Origin: Nitrososphaerota archaeon
Lineage (GTDB): Archaea > Thermoproteota > Nitrososphaeria > PSMU01
NCBI GenBank assembly: GCA_040290255.1
Contig: PSMU01000002.1
Location: 94,045 to 158,044 of the forward strand
DNA: 64,000 nucleotides
Direction of reading: 5' to 3'
The notes under the pieces: generated by a model
Database searches by the model: none
What the model was told of the DNA's origin: nothing
Seen by the model: only the letters and a program-made list of their open reading frames with translations
Shown here: piece after piece, positions 1 through 9,183 of the stretch
Position numbering within the stretch: the stretch's first letter is position 1
Layout of the letters: every line of letters begins with the position of its first letter
Made by a program: the position numbers and the translations under genes

Positions 1-299
1 GCCAGATCCTCAGCATAGCCCAGGGCCCCGTCTACGTCAGCTTCGATATAGATGCCTGCGACCCCTCCGTGGCGCCGGGCACCGGCACGCCCGAAGTGGC
101 CGGCTTCCTGGCCCATGAGGCCCTGAGCCTGGTGCGCTCGCTGTCCCCCCTCGAGATCGTGGGCTTTGACCTCGTGGAGGTCTCACCTCCCTACGATGTG
201 GCCGGCATAACGGCCCTGCTCGCCTCCAACCTCCTCTACGAAGCCCTAAGCGCCATGGCCCTCAACGCCCTGAGGGGCAGAGGCAATGCTAAGCCTTAA
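1..299 (+). CDS. Agmatinase/arginase-family ureohydrolase, C-terminal fragment (5' end outside window)
   Basis: Frame 3 from nt 3 reads QILSIAQGPVYVSFDIDACDPSVAPGTGTPEVAGFLAHE... The DxDxxDP...PGTGTPE stretch is the Mn-binding signature of the ureohydrolase family. Stop at 297-299. Confidence 0.8.
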   Translation, partial: QILSIAQGPVYVSFDIDACDPSVAPGTGTPEVAGFLAHEALSLVRSLSPLEIVGFDLVEVSPPYDVAGITALLASNLLYEALSAMALNALRGRGNAKP

Positions 300-328
300 A
301 GCTCCGCGGCCCTGAGCTGAAAAGGGGC

Positions 329-1387
329 TTGGCGAAGATCACGCTATACAGGGAGTACGATGGCACCGTGCACGAGCTCGAGCTACCTTTGAGCAGCAAG
401 GCGGAGATAGGTGCCTTGGCCCAGGAGCTGGGGGTGCCCAGCTATGTCGACCTCACGAACCCGGTGGTGCAGATGGCTCTCGCCTCCCTTTGGGCTTCGC
501 TGAACGTCCCGAGGCTCTTTAACGGCCCTGGTGATGCCAATTACGCCGATAGGCCCCTCAGCCCTCTTCTCTTCGGAGGTGCCGCCGTGAAGCTGCTGTG
601 TCCCTCGGCCAACGCACCCCAGAGCCCGCTCAATAGGCCCATCAAGGACATAGACTTCGTCGTAGGCAAGGGCGAGGGCAACAGGTTCGTGCACATCCTG
701 CTCAATCTCTCGAGGGCGCTGGGCACCAGGTACCACTTCTTCGCGACGAAGGGCGATGCGATGTTCAATGCCCTCAGGGCGGGCTCCCGCTATAGGCTCA
801 GGGCCCTTCTGGGGGTGCAGAATGAGGAACCTCTCCTGACCGTGACGGATATCTTCGTCGAGAGGGTCGAGATGAGGCACGCAATTCGCCTCCCCCAGGA
901 GCTCTTTGCGGCTGGCCCTGGCCTAAGGTACACTATAGGGCCCGAGCTGCTCATCCTCACCAAGGCCCAGTTCATCACGGACCTTGACAGGAAGGACTTG
1001 CCGCAGCTGGAGGCGGCGGGCCAGGGCTTTAGGGTCCTGCATTATCCGCACTATAGGCAGGATAAGGTGCTGGTGGGCATGGAGGAGAAGGACCTCCTGG
1101 ACATCTGCGCGCTCATCGTAGATGGGGAGGCCGGCGGCATCCCGCCGGATCCCGAGAGGTTCTCCAGGCTCGTGGGCAAGGATGAGAAGTTAAACCTTAC
1201 GGTTAGGCTGAACTTGGAGAACATCCTTCGCAATGCGGAGAGGCTGAGGGCCAAGGGCCTGAGCGAGGGCCAGCTCTCAAAGCTGGAGGCCGGCGTGCAG
1301 GCGCTCCTGCGCGCACTGCCGCCCGTGGACAAGAAATGGAGCAAACCTTGGTGGAACGTGGACGTCGAGACGCCTGTTATCTCCTAG
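329..1387 (+). CDS. Hypothetical protein, possible nucleotidyltransferase-like fold
   Basis: 352-aa ORF with a TTG start immediately after the agmatinase stop. Segment LFGGAAVKLL...RPIKDIDFVVGKGEG resembles a GG...DhDh pol-beta-type NTase motif with a long insert. No other recognisable family motif. Confidence 0.5.
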   Translation: MAKITLYREYDGTVHELELPLSSKAEIGALAQELGVPSYVDLTNPVVQMALASLWASLNVPRLFNGPGDANYADRPLSPLLFGGAAVKLLCPSANAPQSPLNRPIKDIDFVVGKGEGNRFVHILLNLSRALGTRYHFFATKGDAMFNALRAGSRYRLRALLGVQNEEPLLTVTDIFVERVEMRHAIRLPQELFAAGPGLRYTIGPELLILTKAQFITDLDRKDLPQLEAAGQGFRVLHYPHYRQDKVLVGMEEKDLLDICALIVDGEAGGIPPDPERFSRLVGKDEKLNLTVRLNLENILRNAERLRAKGLSEGQLSKLEAGVQALLRALPPVDKKWSKPWWNVDVETPVIS

Positions 1388-2691
1388 CCCTGTAGCTGCC
1401 TTATGCAGGCGATGAGCCGCTCAACCGCGCGCTCGGCCGTGGCCTCATCCAGTATCAAGGGCGGCTGAAGCCTCAGCACATTTCTGAAGAGCCCGCCCAC
1501 GCCCACTAGGTATCCGTTGCTTCTCATCAGCTCCTTCACCCTCTCGGCCGCCTCAGGATGGGGCTCTTTCGTGCGCCGGTCCTTTACGAGCTCCACCCCT
1601 ATCATAAGCCCCTTTCCCCTCACATCGCCCACGTAGGAAAGCCCAGCTTGGGCCTCCCTTAGCCTGGCCATCATGAACGAGCCTATCCTTTCGGCGCGCT
1701 CCCAAAGCCTCTCCCTCTTTATCACGCGCAGCGAGGCTATGGCCGCCGCGCAGGCCACGGGGTTGGCGAAGAAGGTGTTGAAGTGATCGCCGGGCTCTAG
1801 GGCGTCATCTATATTCTGCGTCACCGCTATCGCGCCCAGTGGCAGCCCGCCTCCCAAGGCCTTGGCCATGGCCATCGCATCTGGCTCCACGTCCCAGAGC
1901 TGGCAGGCAAAGGGCCTGCCGGTCCTGCCGAAGCCGGTCTGCACCTCATCCGCGATGAGCGGCACGCCCCTTTCCGAGCAGACGCGCCTCAGCCTTGGCA
2001 GGAAGGTGTCCGGCGGCACGATGATGCCGCCTTCGCCCAGTATGGGCTCGGCTATGACGGCGGCCACGTCGCCGGGCGCGAACTGGTCTATCAGCTGGCC
2101 CACCTCTTCAGCACATCTTTTCCCGAACTCGGCCTCGCCCTCCTCTCCTCCATACCGATAGTAATAGGGGCAGGGCCCGTGGACCACCCCGGGGAAGTTC
2201 GCATAGTTGCCCAGCTTGGCCTTATACCTCCTCTGGCCGGTGAGGCTCAGGGTAAGGCTCAGGCGCCCGTGAAAGGAGCCCCTGAGCGAGATGAGCGCGG
2301 CCCCGAGGCGCCCCTGGGCGCTGGCCAGCTTCTTACAGAACTTAACCGCGCCGTCCACCGCCTCCGTGCCGCTGTTGCAGTAGAAGAGCCTCGCCAGGCC
2401 GCTGGGCAGGAGCTCCAGGACCTCTTTCGCCAGCTCCAGCTCGAGCTCATGATGGTAGTAGGCCGAGACGTGCATGTAGCGCTGGGCCTGCTCCACGACG
2501 GCCCTCACGACCTCAGGGTGGCAATGGCCGACGTTGTTCACGGCGATGCCGGAGAAGAGGTCCACGTACACCCTACCGTCCACGTCCTCTATGAGGAAGC
2601 CCTGGGCCCGCTTTATGACGATGGGATCCCTCTTGGGCAGGGCCTTAACCAGATAGCGGCCGACCTGCTCCAGCAGCTGCTGCGAGGACAT
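1384..2691 (-). CDS. Class-III PLP-dependent aminotransferase (acetylornithine/GABA-aminotransferase family)
   Basis: 435 aa. GSFHGR, ADEVQTGFGRTGRPFA, and a PLP-lysine context (AMAKALGGG) typical of aminotransferase class III. Confidence 0.85.
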   Translation of the reverse strand: MSSQQLLEQVGRYLVKALPKRDPIVIKRAQGFLIEDVDGRVYVDLFSGIAVNNVGHCHPEVVRAVVEQAQRYMHVSAYYHHELELELAKEVLELLPSGLARLFYCNSGTEAVDGAVKFCKKLASAQGRLGAALISLRGSFHGRLSLTLSLTGQRRYKAKLGNYANFPGVVHGPCPYYYRYGGEEGEAEFGKRCAEEVGQLIDQFAPGDVAAVIAEPILGEGGIIVPPDTFLPRLRRVCSERGVPLIADEVQTGFGRTGRPFACQLWDVEPDAMAMAKALGGGLPLGAIAVTQNIDDALEPGDHFNTFFANPVACAAAIASLRVIKRERLWERAERIGSFMMARLREAQAGLSYVGDVRGKGLMIGVELVKDRRTKEPHPEAAERVKELMRSNGYLVGVGGLFRNVLRLQPPLILDEATAERAVERLIACIRQLQG

Positions 2692-2738
2692 GGCCTGGTT
2701 AACAGCTGTGAAAATAAAAGCTTGAGGGGGGCCTTACG

Positions 2739-3002
2739 CTATGCTCGCTGCGAGATGGCGGCCTCGATGGCCTTGACCACGTCTTCCGCGGTGGGGAGGC
2801 GCTTCGCCTCGTAGCGTGAGAAGACCTTCTTATCGTTCACGTAGATGTCGAACTCGCCCTTGTCCGCGGGCACCAGCGTGAGCTCCATATCCCTGTTGAA
2901 CTTCGTGCCGTAGCGCGAGAGCAGCTCCTGGGCCAGCGTCAGCGCGGTGGGCTGGTGGCCGCAGGGCACGCAGTAGCTCATCTTGATGCGCAGCGTGGGC
3001 AT
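2739..3002 (-). CDS. SelW/SelT/Rdx-family small redox protein (Cys homolog, CxxC)
   Basis: 87 aa. An N-terminal CVPCG CxxC motif in a beta1-loop position, and a size and pattern typical of Rdx-fold proteins. No in-frame TGA. Confidence 0.55.
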   Translation of the reverse strand: MPTLRIKMSYCVPCGHQPTALTLAQELLSRYGTKFNRDMELTLVPADKGEFDIYVNDKKVFSRYEAKRLPTAEDVVKAIEAAISQRA

Positions 3003-3051
3003 GCCGGGGGCTTTGTGGTACGGCTTATACGTCTTTTGCCGGGCGCGGGCT

Positions 3052-3066
3052 AAACCTAATATAGGC
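3052..3066 (+). promoter_or_regulatory. Putative archaeal TATA box for the acyl-CoA ligase gene
   Basis: AT-rich ctaatatagg about 25-35 nt upstream of ATG 3090 in an otherwise GC-rich spacer. Confidence 0.3.
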
Positions 3067-3089
3067 TGGCCGGGATTTATTTATGTAGA

Positions 3090-4778
3090 ATGGCCACGCT
3101 CGAAGCCGAGAGGCCCTGGTTCAGGCACTATCCTGCTCATGTTCCGAGGAGCCTGAAGTTCACGACGGCCCCGCTGCAGAGCATTTTAGCTAGGGCAGCG
3201 CAGGAGCACCCGGCACATACGGCCACCATCTTTTTCGGGGCCAGGCTGAGCTATGCCCGGCTTGACGAGCTCGCATGGCGCTTCGCCAATGCCCTTAGGG
3301 GCCTGGGCCTGGGCAAGGGCGATAGGCTGGGACTCTTCCTGCCCAACTGCCCGCAGTACATAATATGCTACTACGGGGCCTTAAGGGCGGGCTGCACCGT
3401 CGTCCCCTTTAACCCCAGGTATAAGGCGGCGGAGATAGAGCGCCAGCTCACCGATTCCGAGGCCAAGGCCCTCGTGTCCCTGGATATCCTCTTCGAGGAA
3501 GTGGGGAGAGCGCTGGAGAAGGTGAAGCTCAAGCATGTTATCGTGACGCACATGCTGGATTATTTGCCCCCGCTGCTCAGGCCCTTTGCCAGGCTTAAGG
3601 GCATCAAGAGGCCCAGGTATGCCAACACGCTGGAGCTCGAGGGCCTTCTAAGGGAGGCCAGCCCCAGCCCCTTTGACGTCGCCATAAGCCCTGAGGAGGA
3701 TGTGGCCGTTCTCCTCTACACCGGCGGCACGACGGGCACGCCCAAGGGCGCGATGCTCACACACCATAACCTGCTTTATAACGCGGCGCAGGCCAGCGCC
3801 TGGGGCAATGTGAAGCCGGCGAGCGATGCCACGCTGGCCGTGCTGCCCTTCTTCCACAGCTACGGCATGACCGTGTGCATGAACAGCCCCATAATGACGG
3901 CCAACACCATGATCCTGCTGCCCCGCTTCGAGCCGAAGGAGGTGCTGAAGGCCATCAACAAGTACAGGCCCGCGCTCTTCCCCGGCGTGCCCGCGATGTA
4001 CATAGCGCTGCTCAACCACCCCGAAATAAGGAAGTACGACCTGAGGAGCGTGAGGCTCTGTCTCTCCGGGGCCGCGCCGCTGCCCGTGGAGGTGGCCAAG
4101 CGCTGGTCCGAGGCCACGGGGGGCATGATAGTCGAGGGGTACGGGCTGACGGAGACCAGCCCCGTGACGCACGCAAACCCCACCGACGACCTCAGCAAGG
4201 TAAAGTTCGGCTCCATAGGCCTGCCCCTGCCCGACACGGATGCGAAGATCGTGGACCCCGAGGACTCCAGCAGGGAGCTGGGGCCCAGGGAGGTGGGCGA
4301 GCTGGCGATAAGGGGGCCGCAGGTGATGAAGGGCTACTGGAAGAGGCCCGAGGAGAGTGAGCAGGCCCTGAGGCAGGGCTGGCTGCTGACGGGCGATCTG
4401 GCCTACATGGACGAGGACGGATACTTCTACATCGTGGACAGGAAGAAGGACATGATAAACGTGGGCGGCCTCAAGGCCCTGCCCAGGGAGATCGAGGAGG
4501 TGTTATATCAGCACCCGGCGGTAAAGATGGCCGCGGTGGTGGGTTCTAGAGATGAAAGGCTGGGCGAGGTGCCCAAGGCCTATGTGGTGCTCAAGGAGGG
4601 GTTCGAGGGGAAGGTGACCAAGGAGGAGATCATCTCCTTCTGCCGGGAGAGGCTGGCCGGCTACAAGGTGCCCAGGGATGTGGAGTTCAGGCGTGAACTC
4701 CCGCTCACGCTGGTGGGCAAGGTGCTGCGCAGGGTGCTAAGGGAGGAGGAGCTCGAGGGCAAGGGCCCTAGCGCCTAG
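3090..4778 (+). CDS. AMP-dependent synthetase/ligase (acyl-CoA synthetase)
   Basis: 562 aa. An AMP-binding motif LLYTGGTTGTPKGAML, plus GYGLTETSP and a C-terminal GKV(L)RR typical of ANL-superfamily CoA ligases. TATA-like cctaatatagg sits about 28 nt upstream. Confidence 0.85.
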   Translation: MATLEAERPWFRHYPAHVPRSLKFTTAPLQSILARAAQEHPAHTATIFFGARLSYARLDELAWRFANALRGLGLGKGDRLGLFLPNCPQYIICYYGALRAGCTVVPFNPRYKAAEIERQLTDSEAKALVSLDILFEEVGRALEKVKLKHVIVTHMLDYLPPLLRPFARLKGIKRPRYANTLELEGLLREASPSPFDVAISPEEDVAVLLYTGGTTGTPKGAMLTHHNLLYNAAQASAWGNVKPASDATLAVLPFFHSYGMTVCMNSPIMTANTMILLPRFEPKEVLKAINKYRPALFPGVPAMYIALLNHPEIRKYDLRSVRLCLSGAAPLPVEVAKRWSEATGGMIVEGYGLTETSPVTHANPTDDLSKVKFGSIGLPLPDTDAKIVDPEDSSRELGPREVGELAIRGPQVMKGYWKRPEESEQALRQGWLLTGDLAYMDEDGYFYIVDRKKDMINVGGLKALPREIEEVLYQHPAVKMAAVVGSRDERLGEVPKAYVVLKEGFEGKVTKEEIISFCRERLAGYKVPRDVEFRRELPLTLVGKVLRRVLREEELEGKGPSA

Positions 4779-6834
4779 CGCCCCCTTTCCCCCTGCGCTT
4801 CAGGGCGGCCAGCGCCTCTTCCGCCGTAACGGGTATCCTCTCGAGCTCCACGCCCAGAGCGCGCTCAAGCGCGATAAAGGTGGCCGCCATGCCCCCTATG
4901 GTGCCGGACTCGCCCACGCCCCTCGCGCCGTGCGGCAGGGCAGAGGGCACCTCGACCAGCTCGGACGAGAAGTTAAGGCATGCGTCTAGGGCCGTGGGGA
5001 AGCCCACGTCCAGCATCGTGCCGTAGAGCGGTATGCCGGCCCGGTCAAAGCGCGCCTCCTCCCACAGAACCTGGGCCGCGCCCTGGAGCGCGCCTCCCAT
5101 CAGCTGGGCCTCCACGTCCTCGGGGTTCAGCGCCCTGCCCACATCGTCCGCGGCAAAGTAGCGTGTGAGGGACGCCATGCCCGTGGCGCGATCCACGTGC
5201 ACCTGGGCCACATGCGCGCCCGCGGAGAAGATATCCTCGCCTCTGAAGAAGGTCTCCACCTCCAGCCCTCCATGCCGGCGCACCGCTTCATCGGGACTTA
5301 GCCCGTTTAGCTTCTCTTTCAGCTGCAGCAGGGCCTGATAGACCGCCGCGCCCGCGGCGGATATGCTCCTGCTCCCAAAGCTGCCCACCGCCTGGGCAAG
5401 GTCATCCGTATCGGCTGGGCGGACCTCTATCCTGTCCTGCCCGATGCCCAGGAGCTCCGATGCCATTTTGGCGAAGGCGGTGCGGTGAAACTGGCCGTGG
5501 GGCCTGGAGCCGACGATGATCTCGAGGCCCTTGGCGCTCAGCCTGACCTTGGCCGCCTCGCCGGGCGCTATCCTGATCAGCTCGGCGAAGAGCGCGAGGC
5601 CCTTGCCGGGCCCCCTCATGCTCCTATACGCCTCCTCCGCCCTAGCCAGCACCTCGCGATATCCTCCCCGGTCGATGCGCAGCCCCAGGGGCGTCACATA
5701 TTCTCCTTCGGGCAGGTTCCTCCTCCTCAACGCGATGGGGTCCTGGCCCAGCCTCCTGGCCAGGAGCTCGATGAGGCTCTCGTGAACGAGCGCCGCCTCG
5801 GGCCTGCCCGCGCCCCTGTAGGGCCCCGTGGGCGGAAGGTTGGTGAAGACCGATAGCGCCCTCAGCCTTGCGGCGGCGATGGCGTAGGGGCCCGTGCTGA
5901 GCCTGGCGATGAAGGAGGCCATCGTCGCGTTGATGGTGAAGTTATAGGCGCCTATGTCGTTTACGATCGTGCCCTCCAAGGCCAGCAGCCGCCCACCCCT
6001 CGTGGCATAGAGCTTGACCTCCGCTACGACGCCCTTGCCCTGCGTGGGGTTCGTCATGTGCTCTCTCCTCTGCTCTACCCACTTTACGGGCCTACCCAGC
6101 CTCATCGCGGCCAGCGCCACCAAGGCATATTCGGCATGAGCGGGCACCTTATTGCCGAACCCACCGCCCACATCGGGCACGCGCACGAGGATCCTATCGG
6201 GCGGCAGGCCCAGGACCTGGCTGAGGTCGGACCTAACCCTGAAGGGGGCCTGGGAGGAGCAGAAGAGCTCGAGCCTCCCTTCATGATAGCGGGCGATGGC
6301 GCCCTTTGGCTCCAGCGGGTTGGCCACCACCCTAGCCATAAAGAGCCTCCTCTCGACCATCACCTCCGCCCGTTGAAAGGCTCCCTCATCCCCTCCCCGT
6401 AGGGTTATGTCCACGGAGATGTTGTCGGGAGCCTCCTGATGAATCTGGGGGCGCCTCTCGAGCGGGTCCAGCGAGGGCTCCAGCGGGTCATAATACACCT
6501 CCGCCCGCTCGGCCAAGTCCTCCGCCGCCTCCCTGCTCTCCGCCACGAGCGCGGCCACGGGCTGGCCCGCGAAGTTCGCCACGCCGTCGGCGAGCAGCGG
6601 CAGAGGCACGATCTTCGCCGCCCTCGCATCAACGGGCGCCACGGCGGGCATCCTCAGCCTGATGTCCTCCCATGTAAGGCCCAGCAGGGCGGAGGAGGGT
6701 AGGCTCATGCTCAGCACCTTGGCCCTAGCGTAGGGCGACCTGATGACGCGCAGAAAGGCCATGCCGTTCAGCTTTATGTCATCCAGGTACGTGGCCGTGC
6801 CCATGATGGGGCCGAGGCCCTCCGCGCGCGCCAC
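4768..6834 (-). CDS. Xanthine dehydrogenase/CO dehydrogenase-family molybdopterin-binding large subunit (orphan, no adjacent Fe-S/FAD subunits)
   Basis: 688 aa. N-terminus GTATYLDDIKLNGMAFLRVIRSPYARAKV is typical of CoxL/XdhA a/b-hammerhead domains. GGGFGNK, RGAGRPEA and a C-terminal GVGESG motif are present. Confidence 0.8.
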   Translation of the reverse strand: MARAEGLGPIMGTATYLDDIKLNGMAFLRVIRSPYARAKVLSMSLPSSALLGLTWEDIRLRMPAVAPVDARAAKIVPLPLLADGVANFAGQPVAALVAESREAAEDLAERAEVYYDPLEPSLDPLERRPQIHQEAPDNISVDITLRGGDEGAFQRAEVMVERRLFMARVVANPLEPKGAIARYHEGRLELFCSSQAPFRVRSDLSQVLGLPPDRILVRVPDVGGGFGNKVPAHAEYALVALAAMRLGRPVKWVEQRREHMTNPTQGKGVVAEVKLYATRGGRLLALEGTIVNDIGAYNFTINATMASFIARLSTGPYAIAAARLRALSVFTNLPPTGPYRGAGRPEAALVHESLIELLARRLGQDPIALRRRNLPEGEYVTPLGLRIDRGGYREVLARAEEAYRSMRGPGKGLALFAELIRIAPGEAAKVRLSAKGLEIIVGSRPHGQFHRTAFAKMASELLGIGQDRIEVRPADTDDLAQAVGSFGSRSISAAGAAVYQALLQLKEKLNGLSPDEAVRRHGGLEVETFFRGEDIFSAGAHVAQVHVDRATGMASLTRYFAADDVGRALNPEDVEAQLMGGALQGAAQVLWEEARFDRAGIPLYGTMLDVGFPTALDACLNFSSELVEVPSALPHGARGVGESGTIGGMAATFIALERALGVELERIPVTAEEALAALKRRGKGGARR

Positions 6835-6856
6835 GGGGCGGCTTGGCGCTAGGGCT

Positions 6857-7096
6857 CTAAACGCTTTGCCCTTCCCCTGGGCGGCGGCGGGCGAAGAGCA
6901 CCACGCCCGCGCGCTTCAGCCGCTCGATCCGCCAGGCCGGTATCCTCTGGAAGCCCTCGGAGAGCTCCAGGAACTCGAGAAGCGGAAGCTCGCGCAGGGC
7001 ATCCTTATCCCTGAAGAGGACCGTGTAGAGAGAGGGGTCGTCCGCGTGAAGCGCCTTGCTGAGCAGCTCCTGCAAGCGGCCCTTTGCCCTCCCCAT
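6857..7096 (-). CDS. Small DUF504 (MJ1316-like) domain protein
   Basis: 79 aa. Pattern ELLSK...YTVLFRD....IPAWRIERLKRAGVVLFARR matches the conserved ELLnKl...Y.v.Y.DR...IP.HRI..i...g.vvW.R layout of MJ1316-type domains. Lies 22 nt upstream of the CoxL-like gene on the same strand. Confidence 0.45.
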   Translation of the reverse strand: MGRAKGRLQELLSKALHADDPSLYTVLFRDKDALRELPLLEFLELSEGFQRIPAWRIERLKRAGVVLFARRRPGEGQSV

Positions 7097-7166
7097 GGCC
7101 CTGCATCCAACCGCCGCATTATAAGCCCAAGCGCGCAGCTATAAGAGGCCCCTGCGCTGCCTGGGC

Positions 7167-8675
7167 GTGCTCAGGCCTCCCTTCATAAGCAGCAAGGGCG
7201 TGGTGGCCTCGGAGCACCCCCTGGCCTCGGCCATAGGGGCACAGGTGCTGCAGCGGGGCGGCACGGCGGCCGATGCGGCCGTGGCCGTGAGCCTGGCGCT
7301 TTCGGTGACGATGCCCCACCTCAGCGGCCTGGGCGGCGACTTCTTCGCCCTTCTTCGCGACGAGGACGGCCACGTGATTTACGTGAACGGCAGCGGGTGG
7401 GCTCCGCCCTCGCTTACGGCGGAGGATCTGCGCGCGAGGGGGCATTCACGCCCTCCCCTTCATGGGCTTCTCTCCGCTGTCCTGCCGGGCCTGGTGCCGG
7501 CCTTATTCGACCTGCACGGGCGCCTGGGCGCCCTTACATGGAAGGAGCTCGTGCAGCCCGCCCTTAGGCTGGCGCGGGAGGGGTTCCCCATCACCGCGGG
7601 CCTGGCTAGGGCCCTCGAGCGCGCCCTTCCCTGGCTCACCTCCAGCGGGGCCGCGGCGGCCCTGCTCAGGTTGGGGAAGCCTCCACGTCCGGGAGACCTC
7701 CTCCTGCAGCCCGCGCTTGCCGCAACCCTCAGCGAGGTCTCCGAGGGAGGGGTCGCTGGGTTCTGGAGGGGCAGGGCCGGCACCGCGCTGCGCCGCGCCT
7801 ACGAGCTTGAGCGCATCGCGCTCGGCGCCGATGACCTGCTCTCCCTTAGGCCGGAATGGGGAGAAGCGCTGAGCCTCAGCTATCATGGGGCCAAGGTATA
7901 TGAGCTGCCGCCCAACAGCCTCGGCCCCGCCACCCTTCTGCTGCTCAAGCTGCTTGGGCAGTTGGGCGCGGGATCCCCGCGGCCCTCGGCCTGGGAAAGG
8001 GTGAGGGCCTTCGTCCCGCTGGCCAGGGCGGCCCATGCCGCGGCGCTGCGGGAGCTGGGTGACCCGAGGTTTGTGCCCTTTAGCCTTGACGCATTCCTTA
8101 ACGCCGCCCCAAGGCCGGCGACGGGCAAGGGAAGGTTTGAAGGCGGCGATACGACCGCCTTCGCCATAGTCGACCGAGGGGGCACGGCGCTGGTCGGGAT
8201 CCAAAGCCTTTACCACCACTTTGGGTCCAGGTTCTACCTGCAGGAGGCCGGCTTCTTCCTGAACAACCGCGCCCGCTGCTTCGCTGAGGAGGGGCCCAAC
8301 GCCTTTGGCCCGGGCAAGAGGCCGCTTCACACGCTCTCGGCGATGCTCATAGAGCGCGGCCAAGAGATAATCGCCCTAGGCATAAGCGGCGGCTTCCTCA
8401 GGCCACAGCAGCACGCCCTGCTGGCCAGCAACCTGTTGGAGTACGGCATGTCCTTGGGCATGGCGCTAGAGCACCCGCGCTTCCTCTGGGACCCAGAGGA
8501 GGAGGTCCTGCTCGTGGAGGAGGGCATAGAGGTCCGCGAGGAAGGGGACATGCCGGTGAGGCGCCTGCCCTACCCCTCGAGCACGGGCGTGGCGCAGGCG
8601 GTGCTAAGGGCCCCTGAAGCCAACTTTGCCTTCTGCGATATCAGGGGCGACGGGCTGCCCTGCGGTGAGGCGTAA
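7167..8675 (+). CDS. ggt: Gamma-glutamyltranspeptidase
   Basis: 502 aa. N-terminal GGTAADAAVA, an autoprocessing/nucleophile region EGGDTTAFAIVDRGGTALV (Thr-Thr), and GGF motifs characteristic of Ntn-hydrolase GGTs. Confidence 0.85.
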   Translation: MLRPPFISSKGVVASEHPLASAIGAQVLQRGGTAADAAVAVSLALSVTMPHLSGLGGDFFALLRDEDGHVIYVNGSGWAPPSLTAEDLRARGHSRPPLHGLLSAVLPGLVPALFDLHGRLGALTWKELVQPALRLAREGFPITAGLARALERALPWLTSSGAAAALLRLGKPPRPGDLLLQPALAATLSEVSEGGVAGFWRGRAGTALRRAYELERIALGADDLLSLRPEWGEALSLSYHGAKVYELPPNSLGPATLLLLKLLGQLGAGSPRPSAWERVRAFVPLARAAHAAALRELGDPRFVPFSLDAFLNAAPRPATGKGRFEGGDTTAFAIVDRGGTALVGIQSLYHHFGSRFYLQEAGFFLNNRARCFAEEGPNAFGPGKRPLHTLSAMLIERGQEIIALGISGGFLRPQQHALLASNLLEYGMSLGMALEHPRFLWDPEEEVLLVEEGIEVREEGDMPVRRLPYPSSTGVAQAVLRAPEANFAFCDIRGDGLPCGEA

Positions 8676-8689
8676 TATCCCGCAGGAAC

Positions 8690-9125
8690 TTCTGCTGCTC
8701 CCAGATACTTATGCCCCTCCTTCCCAGCCCCTCAAAGAAGTGGGCTATTTCGGAGGGCGTGAGCAGCTCTGGCGGGAAGACCCCGCCTTTTTATTATGGC
8801 CTTCGCAATCATCTGGGCAGCTATGGAGGCGGGCAGGGCCGTGGTCCACCGCGTCACGCTGGCCTCATAGCGCTCGCTACAGCCATGGGGGCCCAGCATA
8901 TAGATGTGCCCTGACGTCTCGCCTGCGCCCGGTCACCTCCACCTTCAGACAGCCCACGGTCTCCTTACGCACCTCGGGCCTCAGGAGGGCCTCGAGAAGC
9001 TGCCTGGGCGATACCTTGCCCCACCCACCTCCACTTCCTGGCTGTAGGCCAGATCCCAGACTATAACACTTCCTATGTTTCCGCACCCCAGCACCAGCGC
9101 CCTCAAGCCTTCAGGGGGAAGCGCG
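8690..9125 (-). pseudogene. Decayed saccharopine-dehydrogenase/LOR-family NAD(P)-binding N-terminal fragment
   Basis: The minus strand reads RALVLGCGNIGSVIVWDLAYSQEVEVGGARY (Rossmann GxGxxG), then after frameshifts and stops reads GCLKVEVTG...VRAHLYAGPPWL* and SIAAQMIAKAIIKRRG. Order and spacing mirror the N-terminus of archaeal saccharopine dehydrogenases. No intact ORF exists, and the 3' part is overrun by the ggt gene. Confidence 0.45.
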
Positions 9126-9183
9126 GCTCCGCGATTTATTACGCTTCCTTGGGCATCAGCTCACGGCCCTTGGCGGATGGCGC

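Noticed and set aside
383-880. Long antisense ORFs inside confident genes (e.g. 383..880, 3648..4172, 7503..8363, 20701..21936, 49559..50245)
   Set aside because: High GC makes stop codons rare on all frames. These ORFs overlap genes with strong family motifs and have Arg/Pro/Gly-rich low-complexity translations typical of GC-rich out-of-frame reads.
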